The position numbers and the translations under genes are program-made. The notes under the pieces were generated by a model that did no database searches, had not been told where the DNA came from, and was given only the letters and a program-made list of their open reading frames with translations. This document shows, piece after piece, positions 1-8,209 of a DNA stretch of 41,664 bases. Each line of letters starts with the position of its first letter. Position 1 is the first letter of the stretch. Origin of the DNA: Nitrospira japonica (GTDB taxonomy: Bacteria > Nitrospirota > Thermodesulfovibrionia > Thermodesulfovibrionales > SM23-35); assembly GCA_020725385.1 (NCBI GenBank), contig DYFC01000064.1:1-41664 (forward strand), read 5' to 3'.

Positions 1-370
1 AATATTACTAAGCTACAAAATAAACTTATGGGATTGGTTACATCAAAAAACAATATAAAAAAGAAAGGTAATTTCGTTTATAATTTTAATGAGGCAACAG
101 AGAAACTTTTCGTTTAGATTTTTATGTGAGGCAACAGGTAGGCAAGGCAATAAAGAATTTATTCTACTCTATATTATTGTTAAATAAATCTTCCAAAAAA
201 TATAATAAAACGCTAATCCCTTAATGACATGGTAAAAAAATTAACCAGCGGTTGAATTCTAAAAACAGTGGTAAAATAGCGCAGCAAGATCTGTGTATGT
301 CTATAATACGGTGATCATATATTTCTATATTATCTTGACACCATTTTTATATTATGTTGGAATAAAATAT

Positions 371-459
371 AGGCTTCAGAAACACGGTGAATCTTCTGGC
401 CGTAGGTCATTCAAATGAATGGATCGCGTGAGGGTAAGGGGGAGCCCCTCCTGAGGCCT
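371..459. ncRNA. Candidate structured RNA/DNA element, family unassigned
   Basis: GC-rich island in AT-rich DNA. Closing stem AGGCTTCAG(371-379)/CTGAGGCCT(451-459) with inner hairpins ACGGT/GCCGT, CATTC/GAATG and AGGGG/CCCCT. Confidence 0.35.
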
Positions 460-683
460 CAAAGTTTATTTGCACAAATAATACATAAAAATTAAACGTT
501 GCTCCAAATATAGCTAAAAATAGAAAGATTATCATGCTCCATTTGTTTATTGCCGATGCAGCATTAATGAATTCTTGACTAATTTCAATTAAAACAATTC
601 CTTAAACTATTACCCAATTGTTCTCCGGAAAGAGTTTATATGCCCCTATATTTACATCATATGTTGTGAATGGGCATAAGAGA

Positions 684-722
684 TTGTAAAAGAAGATGAG
701 ATAGTGTATCATAAGTGTATCA
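684..722 (+). promoter_or_regulatory. Sigma70-like promoter of the TA operon with overlapping direct-repeat operator
   Basis: TTGTAA(684-689)-N17-TATCAT(707-712). AGTGTATCA occurs at 703-711 and 714-722. SD AAGGAGG precedes ATG 744. Confidence 0.55.
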
Positions 723-743
723 CTACTAAGGAGGTAAAACAAT

Positions 744-968
744 ATGCCCGCAAAGAACCCGAGAATAAATGTGGTACTTGAAAAGCCTTTATACAAAAAT
801 GTAGAACGGCTTGCTGAACGAGATGGGGTTTCCTTATCCTTAAAGGTTCGCGATCTTGTTAAGGAAGCATTAGAGATCGAGGAAGACATAGGGCTTATCA
901 AAATCGCTGAGAATAGAGAAAAAACTTTTAATAGAAAGAAATCACTAAAACATGATGAGGTTTGGTAG
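744..968 (+). CDS. RHH/CopG-type antitoxin
   Basis: 74 aa with an N-terminal beta-strand/helix-helix pattern (RINVVL...LAERDGVSLSLKVRDLV). Overlaps the downstream RelE-like gene and has a strong SD. Confidence 0.85.
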   Translation: MPAKNPRINVVLEKPLYKNVERLAERDGVSLSLKVRDLVKEALEIEEDIGLIKIAENREKTFNRKKSLKHDEVW

Positions 969-1246
969 AGTTGAGTTTTGATCTTAAATATCACCCAGAT
1001 GTTCGAGACATAGATATTCCTCAATTAAATGAGACTCTAAAAAATCGTATTAAGATAGCTATAGAAGAACGTCTTGCGATAGCTCCCCAGCTATATGGAA
1101 AACCTCTTAGAAAAAGCCTCAAAGGGTATTGGAAACTTAGAGTCGGTGATTATAGAGTAGTCTATAAAATTAAAGGAAAAGAAGTCTGGATATTAGCTAT
1201 TATTAATAGAAAAGATGTGTATAAAAAGGTTATCAAAAGGATTTAA
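962..1246 (+). CDS. relE: RelE/ParE-family type II toxin
   Basis: GKPLRKSLKGYWKLRVGDYRVVY motif typical of RelE/StbE toxins; follows the antitoxin. Confidence 0.88.
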   Translation: MVELSFDLKYHPDVRDIDIPQLNETLKNRIKIAIEERLAIAPQLYGKPLRKSLKGYWKLRVGDYRVVYKIKGKEVWILAIINRKDVYKKVIKRI

Positions 1247-1273
1247 TGGGTTATTTGAAACTTGAGACTTGGA

Positions 1274-1354
1274 TTACTCTTTCGTGGCTTTATAAATCTC
1301 AAAAGCAAGTGCATCAGCCTTCTGCCAGACAATAAGTCTTTTGTAGTTTTGCAT
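1274..1354 (-). pseudogene. N-terminal fragment of a four-helix-bundle (23S rRNA IVS-like) protein
   Basis: Manual translation gives MQNYKRLIVWQKADALAFEIYKATKE*, matching the family LxVWQKA...IYxxT start, then a stop. Confidence 0.7.
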
Positions 1355-1444
1355 AAAGGATTATACCAGAACTTATCGGTCTACTGCATTATTGCTTTAA
1401 TTAAACTGTCGTACTGTCATACTGCCGCTCTGATAAACTTTCGT

Positions 1445-1481
1445 GTTTCAATCCTTGTTTTATTGGAAGTAGAATTCAGAC
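1445..1481 (-). CRISPR. Solitary 37-bp CRISPR direct repeat (no array)
   Basis: Minus strand reads GTCTGAATTCTACTTCCAATAAAACAAGGATTGAAAC, with typical length and the ...AAAACAAGGATTGAAAC 3' end. Lies about 85 bp downstream of the cas8b fragment on the same strand. Confidence 0.75.
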
Positions 1482-1518
1482 CAATTAGCGCAACAGTTTA
1501 CAGAGCGATAGAGTACAG

Positions 1519-1581
1519 TTAAAAAGACTTCTTAATGCCCCACAACAATTTGCTGACTTCTTCAATCAAAATATTAATGGT
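1519..1581 (-). pseudogene. C-terminal fragment of a four-helix-bundle protein
   Basis: Manual translation TINILIEEVSKLLWGIKKSF* resembles the family terminal helix. It is joined out of frame to the end of the cas8b fragment. Confidence 0.55.
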
Positions 1582-2150
1582 TTTTGCATTCCGCAGATAG
1601 AACAATATTTATTATTACTTGCAGATATCCCAACAGTTTTTTTAGTTTCAATTTCTTTGAGTGATTTCCTGAATATTTCAAAGTCACCGATATATTTCCA
1701 ATCTCCGTTTTCCTTAATTTTTATAGTTAAAAGCTTACCTTCTTCTTTATCTATGTCTTTAATGTAAGTCTGTATTTCTTTAGTAATTTTATCTTTGTTA
1801 TAAGAAAGGATATTCTTAATATTCTCTAAAAAGTTCTGTTTTTCTTCTAACCTATTTTTTTCAAACCATTTTTGTATTTTATTCTCAAAAGTTTTCTTAA
1901 TATCTGTAATCTTGGCTGTTGGTATTGGATTTGTACCGTTAGGGGGACCTTTCCTAAAAAGATATTTCATTTTTTTTGACGAGTCATAATCTTCCAATTC
2001 AACGCCATCAAAATCATTCCTTTCAGTATCAATCCTTATAGAAACTATCTTCCCTCCTGGTTTAAACGGTTCTTGAACAAGGGTATCTAATTCATCTTTA
2101 CCATATTTATCTCTCTGCCATCTTCCTATTTCTCTTATTGCGGAAAGCAT
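1566..2150 (-). pseudogene. cas8b: 3'-truncated type I-B Cas8b (TM1802/Csh1 family)
   Basis: MLSAIREIG start and KYLFRKGPPNGTN motif. Ends just after the CSICG zinc-finger half at 194 aa, far shorter than full-length Cas8b. SD GAGGAG present. Confidence 0.75.
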
Positions 2151-2309
2151 TCTTTATCTCCTCTTGTATTCTCAAAACGCCTCATAATATAAACTTCCGA
2201 AAAAATCCTCACAGACGTCCTGTCTGCATCAATCAGCTTCTTACACATTATCGAAACTTCCGTCTTTCCAACCATTATGAAGACACATATAAATATTAAA
2301 CTCCAACGG

Positions 2310-2531
2310 TTAACTCTTTCCTTTTGCATGCAGTATTGTTAGACCAACAAGCTCTTTGTCATGATAATGATAAATAATATCTTCTTCCATTATGCTGTCA
2401 TTTGCCTGTTGAGGCTTTCTGAAACTTATATAAAGCACGTCTGCCTCATCATCATAATCAACCCATATCTTATTGGACGGCATCTTTAAAATATAAGGAA
2501 TAGCCTCTTTTATATCCATTACTTTCTCCAT
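2310..2531 (-). CDS. DUF2283 family protein (putative antitoxin)
   Basis: YDDEADVLYISF...LVGLTILHA signature. Confidence 0.85.
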   Translation of the reverse strand: MEKVMDIKEAIPYILKMPSNKIWVDYDDEADVLYISFRKPQQANDSIMEEDIIYHYHDKELVGLTILHAKGKS

Positions 2532-2599
2532 ATAACCCCCTTTTTTGTAATCTTTTCCGGTTTAGAAGTCATAAATACTGTTATTATAAAACCATCATT
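2519..2599 (-). pseudogene. C-terminal remnant of the toxin-like partner of DUF2283
   Basis: Manual translation NDGFIITVFMTSKPEKITKKGVIWRK* overlaps the DUF2283 start. No matching 5' part is recognisable. Confidence 0.55.
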
Positions 2600-2659
2600 G
2601 CATGCGCATCCTTTCAATTTTGGCTTACCATTTTTATTACGCTGTAACCCAACTAAATT

Positions 2660-2789
2660 TCGAGTTGCTAATACCATTAAACCTTCGCCCTATTCTTCAC
2701 CAAATCCCGAAAGACCCCTTACAGCCGCACATCAAAAACTTTAATGGCTCCTTGCAGGTTATCTCCATCTCTGTCTTTTCGATTTTCAT
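2660..2789 (-). pseudogene. Collapsed gene relic, possibly Cas6-like
   Basis: ATG coupled (TAATG) to the upstream stop. MKIEKTEMEITCKEPLKF continues in a shifted frame as AAVRGLSGFGEE*GEGLMV, loosely resembling a Cas6 N-terminus joined to a G-rich loop. Confidence 0.3.
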
Positions 2790-3465
2790 TATTCACCCGG
2801 ATAAACATTTCCAACTTCCAGAGGATACCATGTTTTGCCTTTTAGGCCAACAACGAGATTTACAGTGTCGCCTTTTCTAAGAAGTTTTGCAATCTCCTTT
2901 GTAATCTTTATAGGACCTGTTATTTCATCTTCGAACTCATAAAGAAGGTAGAGCTTGTCTTCAACAATGTCTGTTATGCTTCCATAACCTTCTCTGTATT
3001 TATCATCATCGTCTAAATCATAATCCAGAAATTCTTCAGAATACTTGTCACAAAGTTCATAGAGAAGGGAAGCTGCTTTTTCTACTCGCGGAAGGTCTTT
3101 AGAAGCCTTCTTAGTTACAGTAAATACATCTTCAATAGCTCCTTTTTCAAGAAGTCCTTTTTTATCAAGCCATTGAATGTATTTTTTCATAATGCCGGGT
3201 GCTGATGTGTTAATCCATGCCGGGCCGATGACTTTTCTTATCAGATACCAATTAAGGAAATCCGCAACCTGACCATCATATAGTTCGCTCGTGTCCGCAG
3301 TTAAGATTATCTCTCCATCCTCGTTTTCCTCATAAGACAATTCAGCATAATTTGCAAGGTAATCATGGAACAACTCAAGAATAAATTGATACTTTTCTAT
3401 GGTTTTTTACTTAGTTCTCCTGATAACTCTTCTAAAAAAATACTCATGCTTTCATCAATTCTCAT
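2789..3465 (-). pseudogene. Acidic hypothetical protein with a 1-nt frameshift near the 5' end
   Basis: ATG 3465 gives MRIDESMSIFLEELSGELSKK. Adding one A to the A6 run (3403-3408) continues TIEKYQFILELFHDYL into ORF 2789..3373. Confidence 0.6.
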
Positions 3466-3696
3466 AAATTCTCAATATTTCTTTTCCTTTAAAATTTAAT
3501 CTATTTTTTATACACCTTAAAAATCTTACTAATTGATATTTTTTTGAACATAATATGTTTTTCTGAATATGCTACTATTGTTGCTTCATACATTCCCTTT
3601 TTTTCGCAATATTATATCACGATATTTCAGATTTCAATAGTATTCTTGAGATCATAATAAGTTGGATAGATTTGTACGAAACCATATGTAAAGAGG

Positions 3697-3767
3697 CTGG
3701 ATTCCTGCTTGAGCCTGCCGCCGAAAAAACCGGGGCAGAAATGACACAAAAGGTTTTCGCAAGAATG
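3697..3767. repeat. REP-like palindrome (CTGGATTCC...AATGACA) with nested hairpin
   Basis: The reverse complement aligns to 10223-10271, including the flank CAYTCTTGCKAAAACCTTYTGTGTCATT. Confidence 0.7.
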
Positions 3768-3845
3768 GAAAAAGATAGTAGAGCCCTAAATTCCTAAAGT
3801 ATAAATTGAAAAAATTATTTGCCTTCCTTATTATTTATGTCAATT

Positions 3846-4280
3846 TTATACAACAGCTATTCTCTGATCTTTATAAGGTTGTGGCCATTTATATGTATTT
3901 ATAAGCCATGTCAGGTGTTTCATTAATTCTGGCTGATTATTTACATTTAATTCTTCATCAAAGAAAATACCGATTAAATATATATTCTTAAATTTTTCCT
4001 GCCAGTCAACTTTTCCTGTTGCAGTATTTTCTCTTACATTTCCATCCTTATCAATAAATATAATTCTTATTTTGACTTTTTTACCCTTTCCAATGGAACG
4101 TTCGGAATATAACCCAATACCTGATAATGAAATATTGGCTATATTGGCATTATAAATTTTTCTTTCTCCATATACTGATACTTTTGCATTCCCGAAAAAC
4201 TGGTAACGATACCATTTTCTAATATCCTCAAATTTTTCTTTTCCGGTTCTTTTTATTATTTTTCGTGCCTTATTTTTCAA
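3846..4280 (-). CDS. PilZ-domain protein
   Basis: RxxxR (RKWYR) and NxSxxG (NISLSG) motifs; GKVDW...IGIFF beta-barrel end. Confidence 0.8.
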   Translation of the reverse strand: MKNKARKIIKRTGKEKFEDIRKWYRYQFFGNAKVSVYGERKIYNANIANISLSGIGLYSERSIGKGKKVKIRIIFIDKDGNVRENTATGKVDWQEKFKNIYLIGIFFDEELNVNNQPELMKHLTWLINTYKWPQPYKDQRIAVV

Positions 4281-4306
4281 TTCGCCCCCCTTCTCAATTT
4301 GACTAT

Positions 4307-4411
4307 GCTTTTTGCTCCATGCTCTACGCTCTTCGCTTTATCCTCTTTATGTTTTACTCTTCGCTCTTTGCTCTTAGCTCTTTGCTCTACGCTCTATGCT
4401 CTTTGCTTTTT
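4307..4411. repeat. Degenerate heptamer tandem repeat (GCTCTWY)x15
   Basis: 15 in-register 7-mers such as GCTCTAC GCTCTTC GCTCTTT, directly after the metF stop. Confidence 0.85.
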
Positions 4412-5291
4412 ATAAGAGCCCTGCCCTTTCCATAATTATTGGAACTTTGTCTTCCATTCCTATTGCCATTATATGAACACCATCGCATATATTTTCATCT
4501 TTCAATTGTTTTATATGCCGCGCTGCTATATTCAATCCTGTATCAAGCGCTTTTTCTTTTCCGGCAGCCTTTAACTCATCAATTAATTCTTTTGGAACTC
4601 TTATGCCAGGCACGTTCTTATTCATAAAATTTGCCATGCCAGATGATTTTAAGACAACTATACCAGCAAGGATTTTAACAGGAAATTTTCGGGCTTCTTT
4701 CATAAAATTTTTAAAGGCTTCTAAATCATAAATTGCCTGTGTCTGGAAAAACTTTGCACCTGCTTTTACCTTTTTTTCGAATTTAAGGAGTTGTGGCTCA
4801 ATAGGGTCAGATTCAGGTGTAACAACAGCGCCATAAAAAAAGTCTGTAGAACCTTTAAGGTCATTCCCTGCCATATCTTTACCATTATTCATTTGTCCAA
4901 CAACCTGTAATAACTGAACAGATTCAATATCATAAACTGGTTTAGCATCTTTGTGGTCACCCGCGGTTACATAGTCACCTGTCATACAAAGAACATTACG
5001 AATTCCCATAACATATGCGCCCAATAAATCAGATTGTAACCCTATTCTATTTCTATCCCTGCACGTCATCTGTAATATCGGCTCAAGTCCGTTCTCAAGA
5101 GCTATTTTACATATAGCCATAGAACATATTCTCATAACAGCAGATTGATTATCAGTTACATTAGCTGCGTCTATTTTGCCTTTGAGAAGTTTAATATGAT
5201 GAAGAACCTCGTGAATATCAGTTCCTTTTGGAGGTCCTATCTCTGCTGTGACTACAAATTTCCCTGATTCAAGAGCATCTTTAAATGACAT
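4410..5291 (-). CDS. metF: Methylenetetrahydrofolate reductase, MetF subunit
   Basis: TAEIGPPKG, NVTDN, LQMTCRDRNRIGLQSDLLGA, TGD, AGAKFFQTQ motifs. Confidence 0.95.
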   Translation of the reverse strand: MSFKDALESGKFVVTAEIGPPKGTDIHEVLHHIKLLKGKIDAANVTDNQSAVMRICSMAICKIALENGLEPILQMTCRDRNRIGLQSDLLGAYVMGIRNVLCMTGDYVTAGDHKDAKPVYDIESVQLLQVVGQMNNGKDMAGNDLKGSTDFFYGAVVTPESDPIEPQLLKFEKKVKAGAKFFQTQAIYDLEAFKNFMKEARKFPVKILAGIVVLKSSGMANFMNKNVPGIRVPKELIDELKAAGKEKALDTGLNIAARHIKQLKDENICDGVHIMAIGMEDKVPIIMERAGLL

Positions 5292-5306
5292 TTTTGCCTC
5301 CTGTTT

Positions 5307-6608
5307 TTATTCTTTACCAATATCTGTTCTGTACCTGATTCCTTCATATTTTATTTTCTGAATATTTTCGTAAGCTATTGTTCTTGCTTCCTGTAATGTT
5401 TTACCTTTACCAATAACATGTAACACTCTTCCGCCATCTGTCACAAGGCCTTTTGTCTCGGAGAAATTTACACCAGCAAAGAAAATTTTGCAATTGTTGT
5501 CATCAATATTTTCAAGTCCGGATATTGGATAACCTTTACCATATCTTGCAGGATAACCAGGATACCAGCCTTTACTCTTTCCATTTTTCATCTGCCTTGT
5601 TCTTCCCTGTGCTGCAACAACATCGCAATAATAATCCTGACTCCACTCAACTTTACTATTTTTTAACACACCGTTTATTATCTGATAGCTTATGTCACTT
5701 AATGGTGTAATCAATCTTGGAAGAATTACTTCTGCTTCAGGGTCGCCAAGTCTCACATTTGCTTCAAGAAGATGCGGCACATTATCAACAAGCATTAGAC
5801 CGCAATAAAGTATTCCTTTATAAGGGATGCCTTCTTTTTCTCTGAAACCTTTAATTAAAGGTATTGCAACTTTCCCGGAAACAAGTTCTGCAAGTTCATT
5901 GCCTTCAAGCCTATGGGGTGAATAAGCTCCCATTCCTCCTGTATTTAAACCTTCGTCATTATCATATGCTCTTTTATAATCCTGAGCAACAGGCATAGGA
6001 GCTATATTTTCACCATCAGTAAATACAAAAAAAGAAATCTCGGTTCCAAAAAGTCTTTTTTCAATTACAACCTTATTGCCTGCTTCACCAAATTCTTTTT
6101 TAACCATAATCTGTTCAATAGCATACAATGCTTCCTCTGTATTCGAACATACTATCGAACCTTTGCCAGCAGCAAGACCATCTGCTTTCACAACAACAGA
6201 ATATCCTATGTTTTTTACATAATCTTTTGCAAAATCAGGATTATCAAAAACCTCAAACTCAGCAACCGGGACACCTATTTCCCTGCATAGTAACTTTGTG
6301 TAAGCTTTACTACCCTCCAGAATCGCTGCTCTTTTCTGTGGTCCAACAATCGGCACATTCTCAGAATTAAAAAGATCAACAATGCCATTCGTTAGTGGAC
6401 TTTCCGGTCCAACAAAAGTTAAGTCAACCTTTTCTTTTTTTGCAAGGGCAAGAAATTCCTCATTTGTTCTTGCATTTTCGCATCTAATTTCTGTTGCTAT
6501 TCCAGCGTTTCCCGGAGCGCAAATTACCTCCTTTACATTAGGATCATTTTTAAACTTCCAGGCTATCGAATGTCCCCTCCCCCCGCTGTCAACAACAAGT
6601 ACTTTCAT
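5307..6608 (-). CDS. purD: Phosphoribosylamine-glycine ligase (deviant)
   Basis: APGNAG, VGPE, KADGLAAGKG, QDYKR, NTGGMGAYSP, RLGDPE, GGRVL, YRTDIG. Confidence 0.88.
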   Translation of the reverse strand: MKVLVVDSGGRGHSIAWKFKNDPNVKEVICAPGNAGIATEIRCENARTNEEFLALAKKEKVDLTFVGPESPLTNGIVDLFNSENVPIVGPQKRAAILEGSKAYTKLLCREIGVPVAEFEVFDNPDFAKDYVKNIGYSVVVKADGLAAGKGSIVCSNTEEALYAIEQIMVKKEFGEAGNKVVIEKRLFGTEISFFVFTDGENIAPMPVAQDYKRAYDNDEGLNTGGMGAYSPHRLEGNELAELVSGKVAIPLIKGFREKEGIPYKGILYCGLMLVDNVPHLLEANVRLGDPEAEVILPRLITPLSDISYQIINGVLKNSKVEWSQDYYCDVVAAQGRTRQMKNGKSKGWYPGYPARYGKGYPISGLENIDDNNCKIFFAGVNFSETKGLVTDGGRVLHVIGKGKTLQEARTIAYENIQKIKYEGIRYRTDIGKE

Positions 6609-7499
6609 TTATCTTTTTCTTCCTTTCAGATAGAGATTGAATATAGAATTTATTTTCTTTGCGTCATGATTTTTCAAGGTACCTTTTTCAATTCCTAATT
6701 TCATAGTGTATTTCCCGAGTTCACAATATAAATTAATTAATTCATTCTTTATTTTTGAGATTGCCTTTAAATGATCATTTATTATTACAGAATCACCTCT
6801 TGCTATCGGACCGGTTAAAGCCATAGGCACCCCGAGTTTACTAATATTTTTTACAGTTCCATTTATCAAAGGCATAAGTGCTTTTAAAGCATCTTTTTTA
6901 TTAATACCGGCCATTTCAAATAGTTCTACACCAAAGCCAACAGTTGCAACAAGGAAATTCGATGCAGCGCATGCTCCTGCATGATATAGTGTTTTTTTAT
7001 CTATATCGAGCCTTATTTCTTTTCCTCTAAGAGCCCGAATGATTTTCCTTGCGCTCTTTAGTGCTTCTTCATGTCCTTCTATAAAAAAATATGAACCTGA
7101 AAGTCTTTTTATAGCTTCCTTCACATTAGCAAGACTTTGTAATGGATGAAACGATGCAGTGTATGCACCCTGCTTTTTAGCTGAAATTAAAACCTTTGAA
7201 GATAAAGCTCCACATGTATGAAAGACGATCATACCGGGTTTGAAACCACCTGTTTTCGCAATATGGTCGCATGCTTTTTTAATAGATTTATCAGAAGTTG
7301 TTATAAATACAATATCAGCTTTTTTTGATGCATCTGCAAGGTCTGTAGTAGCATAACCCTGTCCTATGAATTCAAGAGCCCTTTTCGCAGAATCAATTGT
7401 TCTGCTTGCAATTGCTGAAATAGTATATCCTTCTTTACTTAGAAGATAACCTAAGGAAGTGCCAACTACTCCTGCACCTATAATAGAAACTCTTTCCAT
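6609..7499 (-). CDS. Rossmann-like + DUF2520 oxidoreductase (PanG-like)
   Basis: GAGVVG, HTCGA, FHPLQS, YHAGACAASN, ALTGPIARGD motifs. Confidence 0.88.
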   Translation of the reverse strand: MERVSIIGAGVVGTSLGYLLSKEGYTISAIASRTIDSAKRALEFIGQGYATTDLADASKKADIVFITTSDKSIKKACDHIAKTGGFKPGMIVFHTCGALSSKVLISAKKQGAYTASFHPLQSLANVKEAIKRLSGSYFFIEGHEEALKSARKIIRALRGKEIRLDIDKKTLYHAGACAASNFLVATVGFGVELFEMAGINKKDALKALMPLINGTVKNISKLGVPMALTGPIARGDSVIINDHLKAISKIKNELINLYCELGKYTMKLGIEKGTLKNHDAKKINSIFNLYLKGRKR

Positions 7500-7519
7500 C
7501 GCATAAGATATTTATTTAA

Positions 7520-8173
7520 TTAAATACCTGCTTTAAGTTTTCCCGGTCTCATATTTTTAGACCAATCCTTAGGACTGTTAATATTTTTTAAATCATCAAT
7601 TTTATCGAGTTCTTTCATTCTTTCATATATAAGTAACCACGCACACGGAGTTTCTGGATTCGCTTCACACTTGCCGTTTTTTGAGCCGCCACATGGACCG
7701 TTTAACAATCCCTTTGGACATCTTGTTACAGGACATATGCCACCGGTTAAAGAAAGAATACAATCTCCGCAAGCAGCACACATCTCGATGAAATTTCCTT
7801 CTTCATCGGAAACACCTATAAATTTTGTATTCATTGCAGGAAATACCGGAATTTTTCTGAATTTTTCCGAAAGAGCCTGAACACCTGCTCCGCATGCCAT
7901 TGAAAGAACAGCATCAGATTCTTCAATATCTTTTTTTATATTTTCCAGGTATTTTGGTTCGCATTGTCTTGAAATGGTCTTGCCTTTCAAGATTCTTTTT
8001 TCTTTATTATTACGACTCGAAATACGTAATGCAGAAGATAGAAGTTCGACCTGTTTCTGTCCTCCTGTAAGGCAGACACTTACACATTCACCACAACCAA
8101 CAATAAGAACCCTCTTAAAATTTTCTATCATCTTTTTTATATCTTTTAAAGATTTAATTTCTGCTATTACCAT
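7520..8173 (-). CDS. metV: MetV, Zn/Fe-S small subunit of methylene-THF reductase
   Basis: GCGECVSVC, RQCE, ACGAGVQ, CAACGDC, CPVTRCPKGLLNGPCGG, CAW. Confidence 0.92.
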   Translation of the reverse strand: MVIAEIKSLKDIKKMIENFKRVLIVGCGECVSVCLTGGQKQVELLSSALRISSRNNKEKRILKGKTISRQCEPKYLENIKKDIEESDAVLSMACGAGVQALSEKFRKIPVFPAMNTKFIGVSDEEGNFIEMCAACGDCILSLTGGICPVTRCPKGLLNGPCGGSKNGKCEANPETPCAWLLIYERMKELDKIDDLKNINSPKDWSKNMRPGKLKAGI

Positions 8174-8209
8174 GCTGTCACCTTCTTTAATTGAAATATT
8201 CTTTGAATT

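Noticed and set aside
90-150. TGAGGCAACAG direct repeat as a CRISPR array
   Set aside because: Only 11 bp in two copies, within low-complexity AGGCAA sequence.
381-455. Moco riboswitch or tRNA identity for the structured element
   Set aside because: The ACGGT...GGCCGT and AGGGT fragments resemble Moco RNA, but the GGAAAGG 3' end and GNRA loops are missing. There is no TTC T-loop or CCA end for a tRNA.
602-1024. 140-aa minus-strand ORF
   Set aside because: Antisense shadow of the TA pair; only its distal end might belong to a relic.
1244-1262. ATTTGAAAC as a second CRISPR repeat
   Set aside because: Opposite orientation, and little similarity to the 37-bp repeat beyond the terminal motif.
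1262-1522. 86-aa plus-strand ORF
   Set aside because: Overlaps the CRISPR repeat and minus-strand relics, with no SD or family motif.
2135-2329. 64-aa ORF upstream of cas8b as cas6 or a CreT-like toxin
   Set aside because: No G-rich Cas6 loop and no recognisable repeat-flanked guide; it overlaps both neighbours.
2602-2880. 92-aa plus-strand ORF
   Set aside because: Antisense to the minus-strand gene and relics, with no motif.
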